From Chloroflexota bacterium (GTDB lineage: Bacteria; Bacteroidota; Ignavibacteria; Kapaibacteriales; UBA961), in the NCBI GenBank assembly GCA_041917875.1, contig JAYRWZ010000254.1, positions 1 to 36,913 of the forward strand: a DNA stretch of 36,913 bases. The letters run 5' to 3'. The position numbers were made by a program, and so were the translations under genes. The notes below the pieces were generated by a model that saw only the letters and a list, made by a program, of their open reading frames with translations, was not told the DNA's origin and did not search any database. This document shows positions 27,348-35,566 of the stretch, in pieces; the first letter of the stretch is position 1, and the number at the start of each line of letters is the position of its first letter.

Positions 27348-28058
27348 CTATATATAATGATTATCATCGTCTGATAATAACAATGATATACAGTCAAGAC
27401 ATTCTGCAGAAGAAGGGGAAAATAAAGCATGTCCGACGCTATGCAGAGGATGGCAAACAATATTGTCACGAGACCGTAAAAACATATCTATATGATGTTG
27501 TTTGATGAGCGAATCCGATTGGGTTGAATACAAAAGAACTGGAGGTATGCGTGTTTGCTTGAGTAAAGGAAATAAGTCAATCCGTTTAGATTGTTCCGCA
27601 ATTTTTCTTGCTGTACTACAGGTCATATATTCAGAACGATATGCACAAATGTTTTCAGCCCACTGTTGGCTAAATTGAGGATAATACGCAGGATAATCAC
27701 CAAGAATAATGCGTCCGGGATATTGAGAATACTTGATGAAGCCAAGAGAGTATGCAGCACCGACAGAATGTCCAAAAATATGAAAATACCTGAGTGATAA
27801 AGTTTCAACAACGGCTTTAATATCGGAAATATGATCATCAAATGTAAAACAATCTCCGTCGTATTCACTACCTTTTCTACCGCGTAATGTGATGAAAATA
27901 CAACGTCTTTGCTCAAATAAAGGCGAGAAACTGTTAATGTATTCTTCGGCATAATTAATCATGCCAGGAATGATAATAAGAGGGGTAGTTCCATGATCTT
28001 TTCCGGAATCAAAATATCGAATGGATACATCTCTATGAGAAAGAGTATGCGGGTTCAT
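27348..28058 (-). CDS. alpha/beta-fold hydrolase
   Basis: 236 aa. It has an oxyanion-region segment (LIIIPGMINYAE), the nucleophile elbow GHSVG and a C-terminal His (SVGHALF). Confidence 0.8.
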   Translation of the reverse strand: MNPHTLSHRDVSIRYFDSGKDHGTTPLIIIPGMINYAEEYINSFSPLFEQRRCIFITLRGRKGSEYDGDCFTFDDHISDIKAVVETLSLRYFHIFGHSVGAAYSLGFIKYSQYPGRIILGDYPAYYPQFSQQWAENICAYRSEYMTCSTARKIAEQSKRIDLFPLLKQTRIPPVLLYSTQSDSLIKQHHIDMFLRSRDNIVCHPLHSVGHALFSPSSAECLDCISLLLSDDDNHYI

Positions 28059-28073
28059 AAAACATTTCAGGAG

Positions 28074-29018
28074 TTATGGTAGTATTATTCTGTATAAATT
28101 AAGATCTTTTCCATTGCTTTTAGTTCGGCGATTGGAAGTAAAATATATATGTCCGCCATCACGTGAAATACTCATAAAAAAATCATCATATTCCGAGTTA
28201 ATATGTTTACCGAGATTTTCTGCTTCCTGCCAAGTTCCGTCCGAATTTCTTTTGCTTCTATAAATATCAAGACCGCCATAATTTGGTGAAAGACCTTTTG
28301 AAGCAAAATAGAGTGCATCATCGAAAAAGCTGTAGAAGGGTGTAAATTCTTTTTCTTGAGTGTTAATATTCGTCAATCGTTCATACTGTTGATATGATGT
28401 AGTTGTGGAATCATAGTGACTAAAGAAAATATCAAAATTGGTGATGTCATTTTTTATCTCATTGCTTGTTGGTGTATTGGAAGCAAAAAATATACTCCCA
28501 TCTTTTGCATAAGCGGGCTGTGATTGCCAGTCTGCATTATTAACATTTTTTCCGAGATTATTAATGACCCATACTGTATCAAAAAACTCACACTTGTAAA
28601 GATCGCAATCACCAAAACCATCGGCTGTATTGCAACGTGTATAATAAAAAACTCCCACATTTTTTCCAAATGAAATAGCTCCCTCATTGAGAGGAGTATT
28701 CAGCATCTTCCACGGCACCGGTGCCTGAAATGTATCAGCCGCAAAGTTAGCACGCCATATATCATGGGAGTTTTTGCGAGGTAAAGGCATGCCGTTTTTA
28801 TTGTAGCCTAAGGAAGTCAAGGTGCTGCCTTCACGATTCGAAACAAAGACGAAGATTTCTCCGGACGGTGTGAACACCGGGGCATATTCGTCATCGGTAG
28901 TATTGAGTTCCGAAACATACTCCACTTTAGCTCCGGAAAAATCAATGACCTGTTGTGCTTGAGTTGCCGATCTTGTAGAGAAGAAAACAAGGCAGATACA
29001 TAAGAACAAAACAGACAT
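28074..29018 (-). CDS. PD40 (TolB-like WD40-like) beta-propeller repeat protein, secreted
   Basis: The start is taken at MSVLFLCICLVFFSTRSATQAQ (signal peptide). Repeated PD40-like motifs are present (DDEYAPVFTPSGEIFVFVSNREG, YAKDGSIFFASN, SISRDGGHIYFTSNR). Confidence 0.7.
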   Translation of the reverse strand: MSVLFLCICLVFFSTRSATQAQQVIDFSGAKVEYVSELNTTDDEYAPVFTPSGEIFVFVSNREGSTLTSLGYNKNGMPLPRKNSHDIWRANFAADTFQAPVPWKMLNTPLNEGAISFGKNVGVFYYTRCNTADGFGDCDLYKCEFFDTVWVINNLGKNVNNADWQSQPAYAKDGSIFFASNTPTSNEIKNDITNFDIFFSHYDSTTTSYQQYERLTNINTQEKEFTPFYSFFDDALYFASKGLSPNYGGLDIYRSKRNSDGTWQEAENLGKHINSEYDDFFMSISRDGGHIYFTSNRRTKSNGKDLNLYRIILP

Positions 29019-29182
29019 AGAGTTATACCTCACAACAGAATGAATAAAGGCGAAATTAGTAAAACATGACGGGAAATAACAAAAAGAATAATCATACAAG
29101 GCGGTATTCTAACAAATAAGAAGTAATTTCGGATAAAATCACGCTATACAAGTCCGGCAAAACGGATTTTATTCTTATACTT

Positions 29183-29371
29183 ATGACATTTCATCAAAGA
29201 CAGACTAAGCTCGAAAAATTTGAAACACTTGTCAATACTGGTAAGGACTATCCCCAAGCAGAAATACTAATACACAAACCCTTAGATTTACTCTATGCTG
29301 CAGAGGATAATAGTGGTGGTGAAATCAAAGGTAAAGGAAAAATGCGAACATATTTTTTGGAGAGAGCATGA
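29183..29371 (+). pseudogene. 62-codon head-to-tail remnant of a TPR-adenylate cyclase paralogue
   Basis: The N-terminus (KLEKFETLVNTGKDYPQAEILI) parallels the cyclase-1 N-terminus (AVEELEALSKTGNDYAQAETQA). The C-terminus (GGEIKGKGKMRTYFLERA) parallels the cyclase C-termini (GEMEIKGKGTMRTYFLERV). Its TGA overlaps the next ATG, as at the cyclase-1/cyclase-2 junction. Confidence 0.6.
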
Positions 29372-29373
29372 CA
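29348..29373 (+). repeat. 26-nt gene-junction repeat, copy 1 (ACATATTTTTTGGAGAGAGCATGACA)
   Basis: Matches 31366-31391 at 25 of 26 positions (C/T difference at position 20). Both copies span a stop/start ATGA overlap. Confidence 0.85.
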
Positions 29374-31389
29374 CCCAATGAACTACAAACAGCAGTCGAA
29401 GAACTCGAAGCACTTTCAAAAACAGGCAACGACTATGCACAAGCAGAAACGCAAGCACGGCTGCTTCTTGCAGAAGAGAGTATTGCCAATGAACCCGAAC
29501 TCCACTGCAAGGTACTTCTTGCTTTGAGCAGTTCGCTTTGGCGGTACGGTTTGTCACAAGAGGCATTGCCTTTTGCAGAGCAGGCACTTTTTCTTGCACA
29601 AACAAATCAGTTTAAAGACCCTGAAGCATGGGCTTTAGGTACAATCGGGAGCATATATGGAACACTTTCGGATTATCAACGTGCATTGGAGTACTTTGGC
29701 AAGTCGCTTGCCGCCCACGAAGAACTTGGTAATAAAAGTAGAGCAGCAACAGCTATCAAAAATATCGGGGTTGTGTATGAACATCTCTCTAATTACCCAT
29801 ACGCATTGGAGTACTATGGTAAAGCGCTCGCCGCACACGAAGAACTCGGCGAGAAAAGTGCAACTGCAGAAATTATTGGAAATATCGGGAATGTATATCG
29901 GGATATCTCGGACTACTCACACGCATTGGAGTACTATACTAAAGCGCTTTCAGCACTCGAAGAACTCGGTGATAAAAGCAGCACATCTAGAGTTATCAGC
30001 AATATCGGAAGCGTATATAGTCATCTCTCTGACTACCCGCGAGCGTTGGAGTACCATGGGAAAGCCCTCACCATGTCTGAAGAACTTGGCGATAAACATG
30101 TTGTGGCTGTTTTAACTGGACAAATCGGAAGCGTATATAGTCATCTCTCCGAGTACACTCGGGCATTAGAGTGCCATGGGAAAGCCCTCGCCATATTCGA
30201 AGAAATCGGCTTGAAAAGGTACGTAGCAAATTGTTTGGGAAGTATAGCGGGCGTGTATTTCCACCTCGCAGATTATCAGAATGCCTTGGAGTACGTTACT
30301 AAAGCGCTCGCGTTCTATGAAGAAATCGGCAGCAAGAACGGCATTGCAACGAATCTTGGCAATATCGGGTTGGTGTATAGTACAGAAGAATTTGATGGAT
30401 ATGATTTTACAAAAGCAGAAGAGTATTTGCTGAAAGCATTTGCAATGAATGAGGAGATTGGAGCGAAAAAAGAACTCTATGGGAATCACAAGAATCTTTC
30501 CGACCTTTACAAAAGGCAGGAACGATGGGAAGAGTTTGCCATTCACCTTGAGAAATACCACAAACTAAAAGAACAAGTCAAAAGTGAAGAAGCCAAGAAG
30601 AAAGCCGAACAATTGGACTACGAACGCAAGACCGCCGAGCGCGAAAAGCAACTTGCCGTTGAGCGAGCTGAAGCAGCAACAGTAAAACGTATCTTGCATA
30701 ATACACTTCCGCCTATCATCGCCGACCGCCTCATCAACAACGAAACCTTCATTGCCGACAGTTACCCGAATGTCTCTGTTCTCTTTATGGATTTGGTGAA
30801 CTTCACACGCATTGCCGCTATTATTCCACCACGCCATCTTATCTATGTACTTAATACCATTTTCAGCAATGCCGATGCTGTGATGGAAAAACACGGCTTG
30901 GAGAAAATCAAAACCATTGGCGATGCCTACATGGCAGTTGCCGGCGCACCTGTTCATCAAGACGACCACGCACAACGTGCAGCACAAGCCGCCATAGATG
31001 TGATGGAAGCAATGAATAATTTATCTGTCATTATTCCCGAAGAACTTGGCGAAACAAGTTGGACAGAGCAGGTTGGCGAAATACAAGTACGCATAGGTCT
31101 TCACTGCGGCGAAGCCATTGGTGGTGTTATCGGCGACAAGAAATTCACCTTTGATTTATGGGGTGATGCCGTCAACACGGCAGCGCGTATGGAAGGTCAC
31201 GGCGAGGCAGGAAGGATTCATGTTAGCGAGGCGTTTATGCGGGCTGCTACTGAACATAGTCGAAGTGAGGTCGTAAAGACAGGGCATGCCCTGTCTTTAC
31301 ACACAGCAACCTTCTCGTTTTCTTCCCGCGGCGAAATGGAAATAAAAGGCAAAGGCACGATGAGGACATATTTTTTGGAGAGAGTATGA
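29368..31389 (+). CDS. TPR-repeat sensor fused to a class III adenylate cyclase (cyclase 1)
   Basis: 673 aa. Six 40-aa TPR_12-like units, an ERWEEF box plus coiled coil, then a CYCc domain (VSVLFMDLVNFT, KTIGDAYMAVAGAP, RIGLHCGEAIGGVIG, FDLWGDAVNTAARME, EIKGKGTMRTYFL). The Lys in KTIGD and the Asp in FDLWG indicate ATP specificity. Confidence 0.9.
   Translation: MTPNELQTAVEELEALSKTGNDYAQAETQARLLLAEESIANEPELHCKVLLALSSSLWRYGLSQEALPFAEQALFLAQTNQFKDPEAWALGTIGSIYGTLSDYQRALEYFGKSLAAHEELGNKSRAATAIKNIGVVYEHLSNYPYALEYYGKALAAHEELGEKSATAEIIGNIGNVYRDISDYSHALEYYTKALSALEELGDKSSTSRVISNIGSVYSHLSDYPRALEYHGKALTMSEELGDKHVVAVLTGQIGSVYSHLSEYTRALECHGKALAIFEEIGLKRYVANCLGSIAGVYFHLADYQNALEYVTKALAFYEEIGSKNGIATNLGNIGLVYSTEEFDGYDFTKAEEYLLKAFAMNEEIGAKKELYGNHKNLSDLYKRQERWEEFAIHLEKYHKLKEQVKSEEAKKKAEQLDYERKTAEREKQLAVERAEAATVKRILHNTLPPIIADRLINNETFIADSYPNVSVLFMDLVNFTRIAAIIPPRHLIYVLNTIFSNADAVMEKHGLEKIKTIGDAYMAVAGAPVHQDDHAQRAAQAAIDVMEAMNNLSVIIPEELGETSWTEQVGEIQVRIGLHCGEAIGGVIGDKKFTFDLWGDAVNTAARMEGHGEAGRIHVSEAFMRAATEHSRSEVVKTGHALSLHTATFSFSSRGEMEIKGKGTMRTYFLERV
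29644..30363 (+). repeat. six tandem 120-nt (40-codon) TPR units inside cyclase 1
   Basis: Unit consensus IG.VY..LSDY..ALEY..KAL...EELG.K. Units 4 and 5 share an identical 27-nt stretch (AATCGGAAGCGTATATAGTCATCTCTC at 30002-30028 and 30122-30148). Confidence 0.85.
31273..31300. repeat. perfect 28-nt palindrome inside the cyclase-1 coding sequence
   Basis: GTAAAGACAGGGCATGCCCTGTCTTTAC equals its own reverse complement. It encodes VKTGHALSLH in an insertion just before the final RGEMEIKGKG hairpin of the cyclase domain. Confidence 0.9.
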
Positions 31390-31391
31390 CA
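31366..31391 (+). repeat. 26-nt gene-junction repeat, copy 2 (ACATATTTTTTGGAGAGAGTATGACA)
   Basis: See 29348-29373. Confidence 0.85.
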
Positions 31392-33155
31392 AATGAAGAG
31401 ATTATCGAAAACCTCAATACTGCTGAAACAGCTATCAGCACAGGCAATTTCGACTTAGCTCATATTCTTGCTACACAGCTTCGGAATGAAAAATACGCAG
31501 AAAATCATCGCTGTGATATAGACCGCATCATAGGAATTGTAGCAATGAAACGTGGAGATTATCCGAGTGCCCTTGAGTATTTAAACGAAGCTTTAGCAGT
31601 ATGTGAGCATTCGGGTGAACAACACGATGTTGCCGAGCTCACAGATATTATAGGCAGCATATACCGACAACTTGCCAATTACGCAAAAGCACTGGAGTAT
31701 TATACAAAAGCTCTTTTGGTGTGCGAAGAACATAATATACCTGCCGGAGTTATTCGTTGTACGGGCAATATAGGTCTGGTTTATTTTCACCTTGCCGACT
31801 ATTCTAAGGCATTAGAGTATTTAAGCCGTACCTATACCTCATACGAAAAATTAGGAATGAAACAGGGTGCTGCCACCGCATTAAGTAACATGGGTGCAGT
31901 ATATGAAAACCTGCCGGATTATCCTAAAGCATTAGAGTGTTATGATACAGCACTCCGTATTAATGAAGAGCTTGGCTTGAAGCCAAACGTTGCCCTTATT
32001 ACCGGTAATATGGGATTGATTTATTTCTCTGTTCAGGATTACCATCAAGCACGTGAGTATTTGGAACGCGCGCTTGCATTATATCAGGAGTTGGGTATGA
32101 AAAAGGAAGTAGCACGTATGATTCATAACCTTGGTGGCTACTATGCAAAGTTGCATAATCCGATGTATAATGTTCAAAAGGCAGAAGAATACTTATGGAA
32201 GGCAGTTACTATAAACGAAGAGTTGGGAACAAAAGAAGCCCTCTATATGAATTACCAAAATCTTGCTATGTTATATGAACAGGATGAACGTTGGCAACAG
32301 GCATTAGAACACTATAAAAAGTATTATGCATTAGAAAAGGAAGTGCATAATCAAGAAGTAAAAAGAAATGCCGAGTTGTATGATGCCGAGCGTAAAACTG
32401 TGGAAAAGGAAAAACAGTTAGCGTTAGCAAAAGAGCGAGAACATATTTTAAATAATATTCTTCCGGAAGATATTACAACTCGTCTCATTAATGGTGAGAA
32501 CCCCATTGCTGACCACTTTGATTCTGTCTCAATTCTTTTTATGGATATTATTAAATTCACCGAACTTTCTGCGAAGATTTCCGCACGTCAGCTTGTGTAT
32601 TTACTCAATCATATTTTTACTATAGCTGATGGAATAATGCGAGAGTTCGGTTTAGAAAAAATCAAAACCATTGGCGATGCCTATATGGCAGTTGCGGGTG
32701 CCCCTGTTGTTCAGGAAGATCACGCACAACGTGCAGCACTTGCCGCCCTAAAATTGCTCAACACAATGCAAAACCTTGTCGTTACTTTTCCGGCAGAATA
32801 TAGCGATAGAAGCTGGATAGAATCTCTATCCGAAATACAGGTACGTATTGGTTTACATTGCGGTCCGGCTGCGGCAGGCGTTGTTGGCGAGAACAAATTT
32901 CTCTACGATTTATGGGGCGATGCGGTGAACACAGCAAGCAGAATGGAAAGCCACGGCGAAGCAGGAAAAATACATTGTTCGGAAGAATTTGTCAATCAAT
33001 TGACAATGGATAATGGAAAATGGATAATGAAACAAGACGCAGAAAAAATATTATTATCAATTGACAATTATCAATTATCCATCATCCCCCGCGGTGAAAT
33101 GGAAATAAAAGGCAAAGGAACAATGCGGACATATTGGTTGGAAAAGAATGTATGA
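31386..33155 (+). CDS. TPR-repeat sensor fused to a class III adenylate cyclase (cyclase 2)
   Basis: 589 aa with the same architecture as cyclase 1: 40-aa TPR units, an ERWQQ box, a coiled coil and a CYCc domain with VSILFMDIIKFT, KTIGDAYMAVAGAP and YDLWGDAVNTASRME. Its ATG overlaps the cyclase-1 TGA. Confidence 0.9.
   Translation: MTNEEIIENLNTAETAISTGNFDLAHILATQLRNEKYAENHRCDIDRIIGIVAMKRGDYPSALEYLNEALAVCEHSGEQHDVAELTDIIGSIYRQLANYAKALEYYTKALLVCEEHNIPAGVIRCTGNIGLVYFHLADYSKALEYLSRTYTSYEKLGMKQGAATALSNMGAVYENLPDYPKALECYDTALRINEELGLKPNVALITGNMGLIYFSVQDYHQAREYLERALALYQELGMKKEVARMIHNLGGYYAKLHNPMYNVQKAEEYLWKAVTINEELGTKEALYMNYQNLAMLYEQDERWQQALEHYKKYYALEKEVHNQEVKRNAELYDAERKTVEKEKQLALAKEREHILNNILPEDITTRLINGENPIADHFDSVSILFMDIIKFTELSAKISARQLVYLLNHIFTIADGIMREFGLEKIKTIGDAYMAVAGAPVVQEDHAQRAALAALKLLNTMQNLVVTFPAEYSDRSWIESLSEIQVRIGLHCGPAAAGVVGENKFLYDLWGDAVNTASRMESHGEAGKIHCSEEFVNQLTMDNGKWIMKQDAEKILLSIDNYQLSIIPRGEMEIKGKGTMRTYWLEKNV
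32995..33082. repeat. self-complementary, heptamer-repetitive insert in cyclase 2 at the position equivalent to the cyclase-1 palindrome
   Basis: A 13-nt direct repeat ATCAATTGACAAT occurs at 32995-33007 and 33056-33068. ATGGATAAT occurs at 33006-33014 and 33020-33028, with its reverse complement ATTATCCAT at 33074-33082. Heptamer-like runs are present (ATGGATA ATGGAAA ATGGATA; CAATTAT CAATTAT). Confidence 0.7.
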
Positions 33156-33580
33156 GCCACGATTTGCGTGATTATACGATGGACAATATACAAGAAATAT
33201 CTCAATAATCAGGGTAATCAATACATCACAAAAATCACAGCTCAGACAATAATTGCTGCAAACGACTTGCGGGATTATAGGATTGACAGGGGATAGCCGT
33301 TGGGGAAGTGGTCCTGACGGCTTCTGTGTTTTACATTCTTACGTATCAAGAAAAGCAATCATGAAAGTCTCAACAATCTCAATCGTAGTATAGATTTGTA
33401 TGATTCTTAATGTTCTTTCTGATTTATAGGCATGAAGTATATCGCTTCGTTGAGGTTTTGATGTATTTTTGTTCCCGATATAAAACAAAAGCAATTAACC
33501 GGAGTTGTAAACGATAGTTTTTGCATTCTAAATAAGCGCAACTGTCGGTTCGATTGCAACAACAATAAAGTAATAAAACT

Positions 33581-35521
33581 ATGGAAAGTCAAGAGTTAAT
33601 AGAAAGAGTGGAAGAAATACAAAAACTCATTGAGCAAGAATATCAGTATAGGCAGGCAGAAGCTCTGGCTCTTGATATTGTTGAAAGTATTGATCCGGAA
33701 GACAAGTCTGAGATATTTGCTCGAGTATTGTTCCTTTTATCGCAATGTCTTTGGCGCAATGGATTACCCCAAAATGCCTTGACTTATGCAAAGCAATCTC
33801 TTGATATTGCTAGTAAACACCACTACCGTGATTTGCAGGCAAGAGCCACAGGGATAATGGGAACATTGTATAGCAATTTGTCAAACTTTCCAAAATCTTT
33901 AGAGTGTTATGAGATGTCTCTTCGTATAGATGAGGAAGTTGGAAACAAAGGTCGTATTGCATCAACGTATGGCAATATGGGAATTGTCTATAGTAATTTG
34001 TCAGACTTCGTACATGCTCAACTCTATTTTCAAAAATCACTTCTTCTACACCCAGAGATAAAAAATGAACAAGGTATTGCCGGAAATTTACTTAATATTG
34101 GTAATCTCTATATTCACCTGTCGGATTATAAAACAGCATTAGAGTATTTTCACAAAGCATTGGAAATTGCATTGAAAACCGGTAATAAAAGGGGAGAAGC
34201 CACTTGTGTCGGGTCTCTTGGTAATGTGTACGTGAAATTAGAAGATTATGATACTGCTCTGTCGTATTATCGAAAATCTTTAGTTATTGCGGAGGAAAAT
34301 GATAATAAAAAAAGTATGGCAACAAGTCTTGGCAATATTGGAAGTGTGTATGTGCAGTTATCTTGCTACAAGGAAGCACTCGAGAATTTTTATAAAGCAT
34401 TGCACTACTGTGAAATCAGCAATAATAGATACGGAGAATCATTGTGGAAAGGAAATATAGGCGCAATTTATTTGCGTGAGAATTTTGAAGGATACGATTG
34501 TAAAAAAGGTGAAAAATACTTACTTGAATCCATAGAATTTTTTCGCGAGCATGGGGTAAAGCTGCATGAATATGAAATGAGAAAATTTCTTGCCGATGTG
34601 TATGAGCGAGAGAAACGTTGGGAAGAATTTGTAGTTCAAATTAAACGATACCATGAACTAAAAGAACAAGTGTATTCTGAAGAGGTAAAAAAGATCATCC
34701 TCGGCAATGAATATACGCAAATTATAGCTGAAAAAGAAAAAGAATTAGCGATTGAGAAAACTCGGATTCAAGAACGTGAGCTTGTCATGAAAGAGTTGGA
34801 AAGGTTAAATACAAAACTTGTTGAAGCAGATCAAGCAAAAAATGATATTCTCGGCATTGTTGTCCATGATTTAAAAAACCCGCTTACGGTAATTCAGTTA
34901 AAGTCCGATGTGTTGCAAAGAAGAAATATATATTTGACGAAAGATCAACTTGTGTCAATCGGCGAAAGTATAGCCGTAGTAGTTCAACACATGAACAAGA
35001 TGATATCGAATCTGCTTGACATAAATGCCTTGGAGTCCGGAAAAATGACTATGAAAATTGTATCAACCGATATTGCATTATTATTGCAGGAAGCAATTAC
35101 TTCTCATAGTGATAATGCATCAATAAAAAATATCGCTGTTTTTACGGAAATTCCTGATGAAATACCATTTGTACTTGCTGATCCGGAGGGTGTGTACCAA
35201 GTTGTCGAAAATCTTTTGTCCAATGCAATTAAATTTTCACCACCTGAACTTACTGTAAAAGTTACATGTGAGGTTGAAGAACAATACATTTCACTTTCAG
35301 TAAAAGATTATGGTCCGGGTATAACATCGGAAGACAAGAAAAAGTTATTCGGCAAATTCCAGAAATTGTCGGCGCGTCCAACAGCCGGAGAATATTCCAC
35401 AGGGTTGGGATTGTCTATTGCAAAAACAATAACCGAACAAATGGGGGGTACCCTGGAATGCGAAAGTGTTGTCGGAGAAGGTGCTAATTTTATTCTTCGC
35501 CTGAGACGATCGGAATTATAA
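33581..35521 (+). CDS. TPR-repeat sensor histidine kinase (same sensor scaffold, HisKA-HATPase_c output)
   Basis: 646 aa. The N-terminal helix, 40-aa TPR units, KRWEEF box and YHELKEQVYSEEVKK linker parallel the cyclases. These are followed by an H-box (VVHDLKNPLTVI) and N/G boxes (LLSNAIKFS, DYGPGI, GLGLSIAK). Confidence 0.9.
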   Translation: MESQELIERVEEIQKLIEQEYQYRQAEALALDIVESIDPEDKSEIFARVLFLLSQCLWRNGLPQNALTYAKQSLDIASKHHYRDLQARATGIMGTLYSNLSNFPKSLECYEMSLRIDEEVGNKGRIASTYGNMGIVYSNLSDFVHAQLYFQKSLLLHPEIKNEQGIAGNLLNIGNLYIHLSDYKTALEYFHKALEIALKTGNKRGEATCVGSLGNVYVKLEDYDTALSYYRKSLVIAEENDNKKSMATSLGNIGSVYVQLSCYKEALENFYKALHYCEISNNRYGESLWKGNIGAIYLRENFEGYDCKKGEKYLLESIEFFREHGVKLHEYEMRKFLADVYEREKRWEEFVVQIKRYHELKEQVYSEEVKKIILGNEYTQIIAEKEKELAIEKTRIQERELVMKELERLNTKLVEADQAKNDILGIVVHDLKNPLTVIQLKSDVLQRRNIYLTKDQLVSIGESIAVVVQHMNKMISNLLDINALESGKMTMKIVSTDIALLLQEAITSHSDNASIKNIAVFTEIPDEIPFVLADPEGVYQVVENLLSNAIKFSPPELTVKVTCEVEEQYISLSVKDYGPGITSEDKKKLFGKFQKLSARPTAGEYSTGLGLSIAKTITEQMGGTLECESVVGEGANFILRLRRSEL

Positions 35522-35566
35522 GGTGTTGATTGAGCGTGTTTTATAGTTTTATACCTAAGCATATTT

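Noticed and set aside
29644-30363. Regular 120-nt periodic repeats that could superficially look like a CRISPR or other non-coding array
   Set aside because: The period is 40 codons in an uninterrupted reading frame encoding TPR helices. The whole unit is repeated and there are no unique spacers. No cas genes are present.
31247-31447. 66-aa antisense ORF spanning the cyclase-1/cyclase-2 junction
   Set aside because: It is an artefact of the 28-nt palindrome, which encodes KTGHALSL on both strands, and it lies within strong coding sequence on the plus strand.
29368-33155. Tandem nucleotide cyclases as a Pycsar/CBASS-like anti-phage signalling system
   Set aside because: Both are canonical class III cyclases with Lys/Asp adenine-specifying residues fused to large TPR sensors. 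No effector with a cNMP-binding, TIR, TM-pore or nuclease domain is adjacent. A paralogue with a kinase output argues for ordinary signal transduction.
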